Shown piece after piece: positions 24,301-33,609 of a stretch of DNA of 64,000 nucleotides. The notes under the pieces were generated by a model. The model did no database searches and was not told the DNA's origin. It worked only from the letters and a program-made list of their open reading frames with translations. How positions within the stretch are numbered: position 1 is the first letter of the stretch; every line of letters starts with the position of its first letter. Origin of the DNA: Macrostomum hystrix. Lineage: Eukaryota > Animalia > Platyhelminthes. The translations under genes were made by a program, and so were the position numbers. The stretch spans positions 5,518,001 through 5,582,000 of the forward strand of contig CATNEN010000002.1 of NCBI GenBank assembly GCA_950097015.1, read 5' to 3'.

Positions 24301-27160
24301 ACTCTAATTATTTTTAATTTTTTACTGTGACACCACTTTCTTTTATTTTACGAGCACCCTACTCTTTTATTGGTCAACTCTTTCGCTTAAGCGTCATTAA
24401 AATGAGGTGCTCTCCCCTCTCTCTCTCTCTGTCTTATCTCTCTCCTCTCTCCCCATCTTCCCATCCATCTCTCTCGCGATCTCCAAATCTCTCTCCCATC
24501 TCAGCTACATCTCTCCCAATCTCCCTCCTTTCTCCCCATCTCTCCCCCCATCTCTCTCCCTATCTCTCTCCAATCTTCCAATCTCCCTCCTTTCTCCCCA
24601 TCTCTCCCCCCATCTCTCTCCCTATCTCTCTCCATCTCCCAATCTCCCTCCTATCTCCCAATCTCCTTCTTCTCTCTCCATCTCCCAATCTCTCTCCTAT
24701 CTCCCTATCTCCACATTCCGTTCCTCTCTGCCCACATCTCTCTCCTATCTCATACTGTCCCCGTCTTCCTTGCATAAATTCTGACGCACAAAAAGCTATT
24801 CATCAGTTCATTCATCATCCGACTAGCTCCTAGCCCGACGTGATTTGCTGACCCGCGGTGGCCTGCGGGCGCCCTGATCGTTAAGAAACTGCGTTGAAAA
24901 GCCTCTCGCTTTCCCATTGTTTCGCTACCATTCAGAAGGCCTGCGTCATTGCGTAGCTAAAGAAGACAGCAGGCTGGAAACAAGAAAAGTCTTGGCCTTC
25001 TTAAGACAGACGGCATGCCTGAACTTCGGCAGAATAATAATAAACCTTAAAGTACAAATTCCCTCCTAACTAAATCCCTACATTCGTTAGATCCGGCCCT
25101 ATGCATGCCCGCATGGCTTTTCCTAGAAATAGAAATTCTTCAGAGCGCCTCCCCTCCGCCTCCATGGCTGAGCGGACAGGCCTTTCTTTTAGTTTTTTTG
25201 CGCGCCTGGACTGCAGCAGACCGCATCGAAATCCCAAGTGTTGCGTGCGACCACTGGCCCGGGGCAGGGGGGGGCTAAAATGACGCGACGAGTGACAGGG
25301 CGAGACGCACAGAGGGGGAAGTCGCTGCCAACACTGGGTCTAGGGGGGGGGCTGAAGCAGCTCACGCTAAGGCTGAGTGCGGCACAATGCAGAGTGCAGT
25401 CTTGAGTATGTGGGAGATCGGCTGCCTAAAGATAATGCTAACGTCAACAGCGGGAGGGATTTTTCACTGGACAGATCAGACACGGGAGAGATGAGACACG
25501 GGAGAGATGAGACAGGGGAGAGATGAGACAGGGGAGAGATGAGAGACGGCAAAGATGAGACAGGGGAGAGATGAGACACGGGAGAGATGAGTCACGGGAG
25601 AGATGAGACAGGGGAGAGATGAGACACGGGAGAGATGAGACAGGGGAGAGATAAGACCGTGGAGAGATGAGACACGGGAGAGATGAGACCGTGGAGAGAT
25701 GAGACACGGGAGAGATGAGACAGGGGAGAGATGAGACACGGGAGAGATGAGACAGGGGAGAGATAAGACCGTGGAGAGATGAGACACGGCAGAGATGAGA
25801 CAGGGGAGAGATGAGACACGGCAGAGATGAGACAGGGGAGAGATGAGACACGGCAGAGATGAGAGTCGAAATGTGGAAAATATACGGTTCGTAGTATTTA
25901 GAAAAAAGTGCAATATGCCAGACACAGACAGACACTAATGCAGTACTTTGCGCCTATATTTTTATGCATTTTATTGATTAGTGATTTATGATTCCCAGAA
26001 CCGAAGTTATTCCCTTTGCCGACAGCGTACGAAAAAAAATGCGTAGAACACAAGTGCAAACTATGTGATGCGGAACTCCGATTATTAATTATTTAACATA
26101 TCTGGCCAATTTAGTAACTACATGGGACTTCAAAACAAACAAGAAAACAATTACCATAAATACATTTTTACCGGATTAATGTCCCTAACTTATCTCACAC
26201 CCTCTCTCTGATCTCACCCAATCTCTCTCTGATCTCACCCAATCTCTCTCTGATCTCACCCAATCTCTCTCTGATCTCACCTAATCTCTCTCTGATCTCA
26301 CCCAACCTCTCTCTGATCTCACCCAATCTCTCTCTGATCTCACCCAATCTCTCTCTGATCTCACCCAATCTCTCTCTGATCTCACCCAATCTCTCTCTGA
26401 TCTCACCCAATCTCTCTCTGATCTCACCCAATCTCTCTCTGATCTCACCCAATCTCTCTCTGATCTCACCCAACCTCTCTCTGATCTCACCCAATCTCTC
26501 TCTGATCTCACCCAATCTCTCTCTGATCTCACCCAACCTCTCTCTGATCTCACCCAATCTCTCTCTGATCTCACCCAATCTCTCTCTGATCTCACCCAAC
26601 CTCTCTCTGATCTCACCCAATCTCTCTCTGATCTCACCCAACCTCTCTCTGATCTCAACTTATCTCTCTGATCTCACCCAATCTATCTCTGATCTCACCC
26701 TATCTCTCTCTTTTTAGCTTTTATTTCTCACCCTTCCCTCACCCTCTATCAATCAAACTAAAATCTCAGCAGCATCTCTCTCACGCACGCGTAGGCCTGG
26801 ATCGGTTACCATGGCAACGTGTACTTTACCCCGCTGCTCATCCGGGGCACCGAGCTACCCCTGGTGACCTCGGCTCATCGCATCGACTCCGGCGCAGCCT
26901 ACGGACCAACACTTCACCAACATCCCACTAGTCCCAGCTGCCATCATACACCTGGCCCAGGTGTGCCATACAACGGAGGTAGTCTTCGCCTCCGCGCCGT
27001 AGGCGAGAGTCTGCCAGCGGCTGCGGGCACCGGGCGTTCGTGGCAGTGGCGGCGACATCAAAGGCGGCATCATCCGCCTGTGGGCCACTGGCACAGCGGC
27101 CATGAGAGCGATTCGCTGGGTCACAAAATTCTGGCTGTTGAGCCGACCACAATGGGCTAA
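6320..27160 (+). CDS. Tentative uncharacterised 3-exon gene (about 228 aa), possibly cilia-related
   Basis: Exon 6320-6483 (MHRESTSTTG...FHGNENG, GG|GTGAGT, phase 2); exon 21000-21156 (TTATTTCAG|A...EPHPGFNYEPKLCLIQQCRPRPMTPLQ|GTAAGA, phase 2 in, phase 0 out); exon 26795-27160 (GTAG|AWIGYHGNVYFTPLLIRG...TTMG*). Phases chain without stops, but no homology is recognised and the exon linkage is inferred. Confidence 0.38.
6549..7303 (+). repeat. Minisatellite, 22 nt unit
   Basis: GTAGACCTTCATTGAGTCCTGA tandem, starting about 65 nt after the 6484 donor. Confidence 0.95.
7957..11331 (+). CDS. METTL24-like: Type II membrane protein with two tandem METTL24/Methyltransf_22 (FkbM-like) SAM-methyltransferase domains, 3 exons
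   Basis: Exons 7957-8586, 9312-10167, and 10817 (or 10838)-11331. N-terminal TM ALLYLLLLAGAALLFCYYVFV. Each domain has R.G..GDGG(W/Y).(V/I)C, CL..SFG(V/I)G, CRV..FDPS, VD.LK.DIE..EW, V.QL..E.H and a terminal CC motif. Confidence 0.85.
8808..9184 (-). mobile_element. tRNA-derived SINE (family A), most complete copy, methyltransferase gene intron 1
   Basis: Minus strand: A-box-like TGGCAGAGCGG, B-box-like AAGTTCGATTCC, unique body, AT-rich (ATT)n-like tail. Four other partial copies in the window. Confidence 0.8.
10183..10770 (+). repeat. Minisatellite, 25 nt unit, methyltransferase gene intron 2
   Basis: CCTCACCTGCGTGTCTACTG(A/C)CCTC tandem starting about 15 nt after the donor. Confidence 0.95.
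11355..12720 (+). repeat. Minisatellite, about 22 nt unit, just 3' of the methyltransferase stop
   Basis: GGGATTTAGAGTTGGGATCTTT and variants. Confidence 0.93.
13488..13905 (+). repeat. Minisatellite, 14 nt unit
   Basis: GAATCTAGGAGAGT tandem. Confidence 0.95.
14600..17350 (+). repeat. Long purine-rich satellite (12 nt unit with interspersed variants)
   Basis: GAGAGAGTGAAT units mixed with GAACTAGAGTGAAT variants. Confidence 0.95.
17950..18880 (+). repeat. Purine-rich minisatellite, 22 nt unit
   Basis: GGAAGGGAGGAGATGAAGGGAT tandem. Confidence 0.93.
19653..19666. promoter_or_regulatory. RFX X-box motif (perfect palindrome)
   Basis: GTTGCCATGGCAAC; a 13-nt variant GTTGCTATGCAAC lies at 19853-19865. 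Confidence 0.6.
20160..20173. promoter_or_regulatory. RFX X-box motif
   Basis: GTTGCCATGGAAAC. Confidence 0.55.
20229..20986 (+). repeat. Minisatellite, 22 nt unit
   Basis: CATGACTACAAGATCCCAACTG tandem ending just before the acceptor at 20998-20999. Confidence 0.95.
21655..23640 (+). repeat. Minisatellite, 16 nt unit with higher-order duplications
   Basis: CCCATCTCAGT(C/G/T)CAAT tandem. Confidence 0.96.
24410..24760 (+). repeat. CT-rich low-complexity tract
   Basis: Degenerate TCTCTCCC(A/C)ATC units. Confidence 0.8.
25483..25865 (+). repeat. Minisatellite, 18 nt unit
   Basis: GAGATGAGACA(C/G)GGGAGA tandem. Confidence 0.93.
26191..26705 (+). repeat. Minisatellite, 21 nt unit
   Basis: TCTCTCTGATCTCACCCAATC tandem. 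Confidence 0.95.
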
Positions 27161-27730
27161 AATCACCTCGCCAGGATAATTATTATTATTAACCAGTAAA
27201 AACTGCTAGCTCCTCCCCTATAAATAATTTTATATCTTCTAATCAATTCATTAGTTGTCTACTGATTCAATATAATTTATTACCTGTCATTTCTGTCTTA
27301 ATCGTTTATTTAAATTTAATAATTATTATTTCCGCGTCGTTTATTTAAAAATGTTTTGTTATTTTGCCAAAATGTGGACCGTAAATTGCCAGAAATTTAC
27401 AGTAATCAGATAAAGAACTTGGGTAGAATTTTATCAAGCACCCTTAAAATTATTGGAGCCTGAACAAATAGCAGAACAGAGCATTTCGCTACACTGGCCC
27501 CCCACAATGTGCATTTCAGTCAGCCATGTGCCCTGCACCTTATCTAAACTGAGCCAAAAAAACAAGCCTTACAAATTCGTCAAGATAAACAATGCAATGC
27601 AATAAATTCAAGCACAATCACGTGACTCAGGCAGCTTATCGGCTGCTTCATGACACAAATTGGGCATTGTAAAAACTTGTTAGAATTCAAGCACTTTTCA
27701 TGGTACAGGACTGAAAAAGCTTTTAACTGC

Positions 27731-28680
27731 TGTGAGAGAGATTGTGAGAGACAGTGGGTGAGATCGTGTGAGACAGTGGGAGAGATCGTGTGAGACAGTG
27801 GGAGAGATTGTGAGAGACAGTGGGAGAGATCGTGTGAGACAGTGGGTGAGATCGTGTGAGACAGTGGGTGAGATCGTGTGAGACAGTGGGTGAGATCGTG
27901 TGAGACAGTGGGTGAGATCGTGTGAGACAGTGGGTGAGATCGTGTGAGACAGTGGGTGAGATCGTGTGAGACAGTGGGTGAGATCGTGTGAGACAGTGGG
28001 TGAGATCGTGTGAGACAGTGGGTGAGATCGTGTGAGACAGTGGGTGAGATCGTGTGAGACAGTGGGTGAGATTGTGAGACAGTGGGAGAGATTGTGAGAT
28101 AGTGGGAGAGATTGAGACAGTGGGAGAGATTGTGAGAGACAGTGGGAGAGATCGTGTGAGACTGTGGGAGAGATTGTGAGATAGAGTGGGTGAGATTGTG
28201 AGACAGTGGGAGAGATTGTGAGACAGTGGGAGAGATTGTGAGACAGTGGGAGAGATTGTGAGACAGTGGGAGAGATTGTGAGACAGTGGGAGAGATTGTG
28301 AGACAGTGGGAGAGATTGAGACAGTGGGAGAGATTGTGAGAGACAGTGGGAGAGATCGTGTGAGACAGTGGGAGAGATTGTGAGACAGTGGGAGAGATTG
28401 TGAGATAGTGGGAGAGATTGAGACAGTGGGAGAGATTGTGAGAGACAGTGGGAGAGATCGTGTGAGACTGTGGGAGAGATTGTGAGATAGAGTGGGTGAG
28501 ATTGTGAGACTGTGGGAGAGATTGTGAGATAGAGTGGGTGAGATTGTGAGAGACAGTGGGAGAGATTGTGGCAGGGATTGTGAACAACTGCGAGAGAGAT
28601 TGTGAGAGACAGTGGGTGAGATTGTGAGAGACAGTGGGAGAGATTGTGAGGGACTGTGGAGAGATTTGGAGAGATTGTGG
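27731..28680 (+). repeat. Minisatellite, about 20-22 nt unit (GA orientation)
   Basis: GTGAGACAGTGGG(A/T)GAGAT(T/CGT) tandem. Confidence 0.93.
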
Positions 28681-29252
28681 CAGGCATCGTGGGAGATAAA
28701 GGTATTATCAAGATGAAGGACTTAAAAGCAGTTAGTTTCGGAGGATTAGAAGCAAGCAGCATTTGCAGACTCAAAGGCGTAGAAAATCCACAGAAAAAAT
28801 TCCAAAAGACCGGAGGAAGACTGATGATAAGAGGACTGCAGCGGGGATTAAGGAAATCAAATGGGAAGAGGAAGGCGAGAGTGAGACGCGACTATGAGAG
28901 GCCTCAGCCAGAAAAGTGTCAAGGCTTCATCACAGGCTGGGGCAGCTCAGCTTATTTTAGCTTCATTATTGGTGTTGATAATTTAATTTTGCCTCACGTC
29001 CGTCCGCAGTTCCCCAGACAAGGGAAGAGATAAAAACCTGGCCTTGCTTGACGACGAGAAGGGCATCAGTCACCATCAGCGGTCGGCGCAGACCTCCGTC
29101 ACACGTCTGGGGTTAGGACTGGGGTGTACTTTTAACAGCTTGGCTACGGGCCTGCATAGCGGGAATTCGCATTTTTATACTCGATAAAGAATTAAAAAAT
29201 GTGGTATAATCTACTGTGGAGACATTGTGGAGAGCTTATTCGTTCGACCTAT

Positions 29253-30000
29253 CTCTCTCCCACTGTCTCTCACAATCTCTCCTACTGTCTCTCACAATCT
29301 CACCTACAGTCTCTCACAATCTCACCTACTGTCTTTCACAATCTCACCTACTGTCTCTCACAATCTCTCCTACTGTCTCTCACAATCTCTCCTACTGTCT
29401 CTCACAATCTCTCCTACTGTCTCTCACAATTTCTCCGACAGTCTCACAATCTCTCCGAGTCTCTCAAAATCTCTCTTAGTCTCACAATCTCTCCCACAGT
29501 CACACAATCTCTCCCACTGACTCTCACAATCTCTCCGACAGTCTCACAATCTCTCCGACAGTCTCACAATCTCTCCTACTGTCTCTCACAATCTCTCCTA
29601 CTGACTCTCACAATCTCTCCGACGGTCTCACAATCTCTCCGAGTCTTTCAAAATCTCTCCCACTGTCTCACAATCTCTCCCAGTCTCTCACAATCTCTCA
29701 CTATCTCTCCCACTGTCTCACAATCTCTCCCACTGTCTCACAATCTCTCCTACAGTCTCACAATCTCTCCGAGTCTCTCAAAATCTCTCCCACTGTCTCA
29801 CAATCTCTCCTACAGTCTCACAATCTCTTCGAGTCTCTCAAAATCTCTCCCACTGTCTCACAATCTCTCACACAGTCTCTTATAATCTCTTCCACTGTCT
29901 CAAGAGATCTCCCAGTCTCTCACAATCTCTCCCAGTCTCTCACAATCTCTCCCAGTCTCTCACAATCTCTCCCAGTCTCTCACAATCTCTCTCTCTCTAT
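29253..30000 (-). repeat. Same minisatellite family in inverted orientation (continues at 30584-30678)
   Basis: CTCTCCCACTGTCTCACAAT is the reverse complement of the 27731-28680 unit. Confidence 0.9.
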
Positions 30001-30002
30001 CT

Positions 30003-30585
30003 ATTTGCAGGGGGGCCCGGGGCACTTGTCGCACAAGCGACGGAGCGGCACTCCCCCAGACCGGCGAACTAGGCGCTTTTGCGCCCATCGCGCCGCCTCC
30101 CCTGAGCAGGCACCACACACAGCAGCACAGACCAGCCGGGGAGGGCAGGAGGCACCCAGAATAGGCAGCAGTGTCCCCCACCCCAGCCCCACACGCACAT
30201 AGCAGACCAAGCCGGGGGCGGAAGGCTGATAAGAAATCAGTCCTCAGGGGGCCCTAGGTGATGAGTGTACACTTATCCAATCGCGCTGACGGAAGTCCAG
30301 AAAGCGCGCGGCTGTGTACACCCGCCCTCCAGCCACCCCCCCAAAGGTCTCACGCCCCAGCGCCAACGCACACAACTCACACAACGCAGAACAGGCACAC
30401 AGAAGGTAGGAGCGAAGCTATTATTTCAAGCTTTGATTTCACGAAAAATGGTGCACCTCCGCCGGTCGCTACTGTCCAAACCCCCCAACAAGCCCTGAAA
30501 TTAATCGTGACTTGAAGGCTGAATCGAACTAGCGTCCATTGGAGTGCGAGGCAGCGACGCTAGCCGCTGACCCACTCGCCCCCCA
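30003..30585 (-). mobile_element. Putative tRNA-headed SINE (family C) interrupting the minisatellite
   Basis: Minus strand head GGGGCGAGTGGGTCAGCGGCTAGCG...AGTTCGATTCAGCC (A/B-box-like), GC-rich body, AGAT/AG-type tail; the same array is present on both flanks. Confidence 0.5.
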
Positions 30586-32270
30586 CAATCTCTCTCACTG
30601 TCTCACAGAATCTCTCCCACTGTCTCACAGAATCTCTCCCACGGTCTCACAGAATCTCTCCCACTCTCCCACTGTCTACAACTACAGGCTCCTTATTGCT
30701 TTTACTACAAGCTCTATAAAAATACCACAAGCCATCAATGTGTACCTCGAAGTTTCTAATTTTTTTATAAAATGACAAAGTTTAAAAAAACCGTATTGTA
30801 TTTTTACTACCGTAGCAAGCACAGGTGATCCTCATCAATAACAGGTCATAAAAGCAAATCGCAACAATTTATTGATGTATTATTTATCTGTCATCAACTA
30901 GCAAACTACAAGCTTGTCCATTAAATTGTCTAGAGCTAGTGTTATGAAAAACTATAAGAAACAGAACATCCACAGGTCAAGCTGTCAATATCGATAGAGT
31001 TTGCATAAATATGTTATTGCATGCTCACAGGTAGGCTTTGCTTGAGAACGATAAAACAAACGAAAAATGTCGCCAATTGGTTTATTGCACGGCTGGTTAA
31101 GTTAATAATAGGATTGCAGGTAAAACACGTTTCTATTAATAATAACATTTATAATAAATAACAGATTCACCCAGTCTAGGGTAGGGTTAGCGCAGCAAAA
31201 AAAAAAACTGAAATTATTTGGAATTTAAAATATCAACCAAGCACAGTTATGTCCAATATATGTGTGCGCTTTGAGCAGGTCTGAATAGTCCCAAGTTGAC
31301 ATATTGAAATCCCTGGGGCATCGCTTGCACTACTCCGGACTAGAACGTCGAGTTTCTTGTTTGACTCGCGGCACAAAAAGCAGACAAAATCTAGAACATT
31401 TCTAAGAAAATAAAGTTTAAATTTGAACGCGAATTGGATTAAAAATGGTCGCTACAAATAATAATTCAAATATTGTGCGGCAAATTTCTTCTATAAACCA
31501 GATTTATTTATAGCCGAAAAGATTACAGTACAGGACCGGTATTTTGACGAATAGAACACAGAGTCAAGAGAAACAGTTGAGAACTATGCTTAAACACAAA
31601 AGTCAATGAACCCGTCATGCAGCAATCAGATCAATCATGACAATCATGATAATACCAGCGTGGCTTCAATCTGCTTTCCGGGAAACATGGGCAGACACAA
31701 AAAGGGATAAAAAATTAAAGGCTATAGTAGGATAAGCAGGTGTAATCAACAATAACAAAAATGTACGTGTGTTAGCATTAAATATGCGCGCTGTGTACAA
31801 AAACTCACTAATATCAACAAATTTTCGCACTCACTATTTTTGCTTTTCGTTTTCTTTTGTAGAAAAGAAATGTTTTAAATAATAAATAAATAACAATGGC
31901 TGTAAAACAGAAACACAGAGGCAAATAAGGGGCTAAGTTTGGGGGGCCGTATAGTCAGACCTCGATGTATAAGCGAATCAAATAACGATTAAATACACGT
32001 ACTTATATTAATAGGAGTTTAAATATAACAAAAAACTATTGCATAATCAAACGGCCGATTAAGCTGAGAAACGAAACTTTCTCACCAAAGAATGCTGATG
32101 AACGAAAATCTATTTAGATGCAGCGTCCTGGTTGCTATGACAGCTCTCACTTCCCACTGATCTACACGAAAATATTATTCGTTTGAGCAAAGTCGAGAAT
32201 TGCGTGACAGCATCATCTGTAACGTTATGCCCTTATTTACCGGATTTGTTGAAGTGTCATCCCTTCACTG

Positions 32271-32800
32271 CCAGGTGTGATCCACTAGTGCCAGGTGTGA
32301 TTCACTAGTGCCAGGTGTGATCCACTAGTGCCAGGTGTGATCCACTAGTGCCAGGTGTGATCCACTAATGCCAGGTGTGATCCACTAGTGCCAGGTGTGT
32401 TCGACTAGTGCCAGGTGTGATCCACTAGTGCCAGGTGTGATCCACTAGTGCCAGGTGTGATCCACTAATGCCAGGTGTGATCCACTAGTGCCAGGTGTGA
32501 TTCACTAGTGCCAGGTGTGTTCGACTAGTACCAGGTGTGATCCACTAGTGCCAGGTGTGATCCACTAGTGCCAGGTGTGATCCACTAATGCCAGGTGTGA
32601 TCCATTAGTGCCAGGTGTGATCCACTAGTGCCAGGTGTGATTCACTAGTGCCAGGTGTGATCCACTAGTGCCAGGTGTGATCCACTAGTGCCAGGTGTGA
32701 TTCACTAGTGCCAGGTGTGTTCGACTAGTGCCAGGTGTGATCCACTAGTGCCAGGTGTGATCCACTAATGCCAGGTGTGATCCATTAGTGCCAGGTGTAA
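32271..32800 (+). repeat. Minisatellite, 20 nt unit
   Basis: CCAGGTGTGATCCACTAGTG tandem, each unit with the palindrome CACTAGTG. Confidence 0.95.
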
Positions 32801-33609
32801 TCCCTGTAGCACCAGGCGTGATCCCTTGGCATTAGCACCAGCAGTAATACCCTTTATACCAGGTAAAATCCCGTAGTGCCATGGGTAAATCCCCTTAGTT
32901 ACCTCCAATGAATTCCAATGTACGTCCATTTTTTCTCAAAGGGAATTTCTGTAGAAAGGAACTCAGAAAGCACAGGTGCCAAATCCAATCGGAATTTGTA
33001 ATCGAAAACTTTTAACAAAATGTTCGAAATGAAACACAAACAGCTAAACATATCGGGTAGAGTGAAAAAGAAGCGAACCTAGATTGCACCAGCGCGCTTG
33101 TTTTGCATTCTTGTGTTCTTTTTTGTTAATAAAATGACGCAGCTAAACAGGTAGCACACACGCAGAGAATATGAAGCGCAGTACTTTATTTAGTCTTGAA
33201 TGAGACAATGAATTGCAAGACAAATATTATAATTTATGATAATTAGCCATAGTCCACCTGCCAACAACATGAAAAAGCAATACTTAGCAAGAACGCGGCA
33301 CAGACCAGCTCAGTTCAGGGGGAAAAGAGGGCTGTTATTGCAGCTCGGGTAGTTGAAACTCAGTCTGAGGATGCTATTTAAAAGAGTAGATGGGAAAACA
33401 CAAATGGGAAACTACTGAAACAGATGGGATAAATTAAAATCTAAAAAACAGGATCAAAGAAAACAATTAGCATTTTTATTAGGAGTTTTTGCACATATTT
33501 ATATTTGCCTAAAACATCGAAAAACAAGTTCAAGCTGCGAAACAAAGAAACACTAATTAGGCCGGAAGCTACCCGATATGTATCGAAAAAGTAATATCTG
33601 CCCTGCCAA

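Noticed and set aside
18082-30000. Repetitive ORFs (SLPSLHLL, SHLSPIPSQ, LGEIRER, SHNLSHCL types)
   Set aside because: All lie within minisatellites and show no coding signal beyond the repeat period.
30255-30335. Possible hammerhead ribozyme (GTGATGA...GAAA)
   Set aside because: The catalytic core CUGAUGA is not intact and the three stems could not be assigned.
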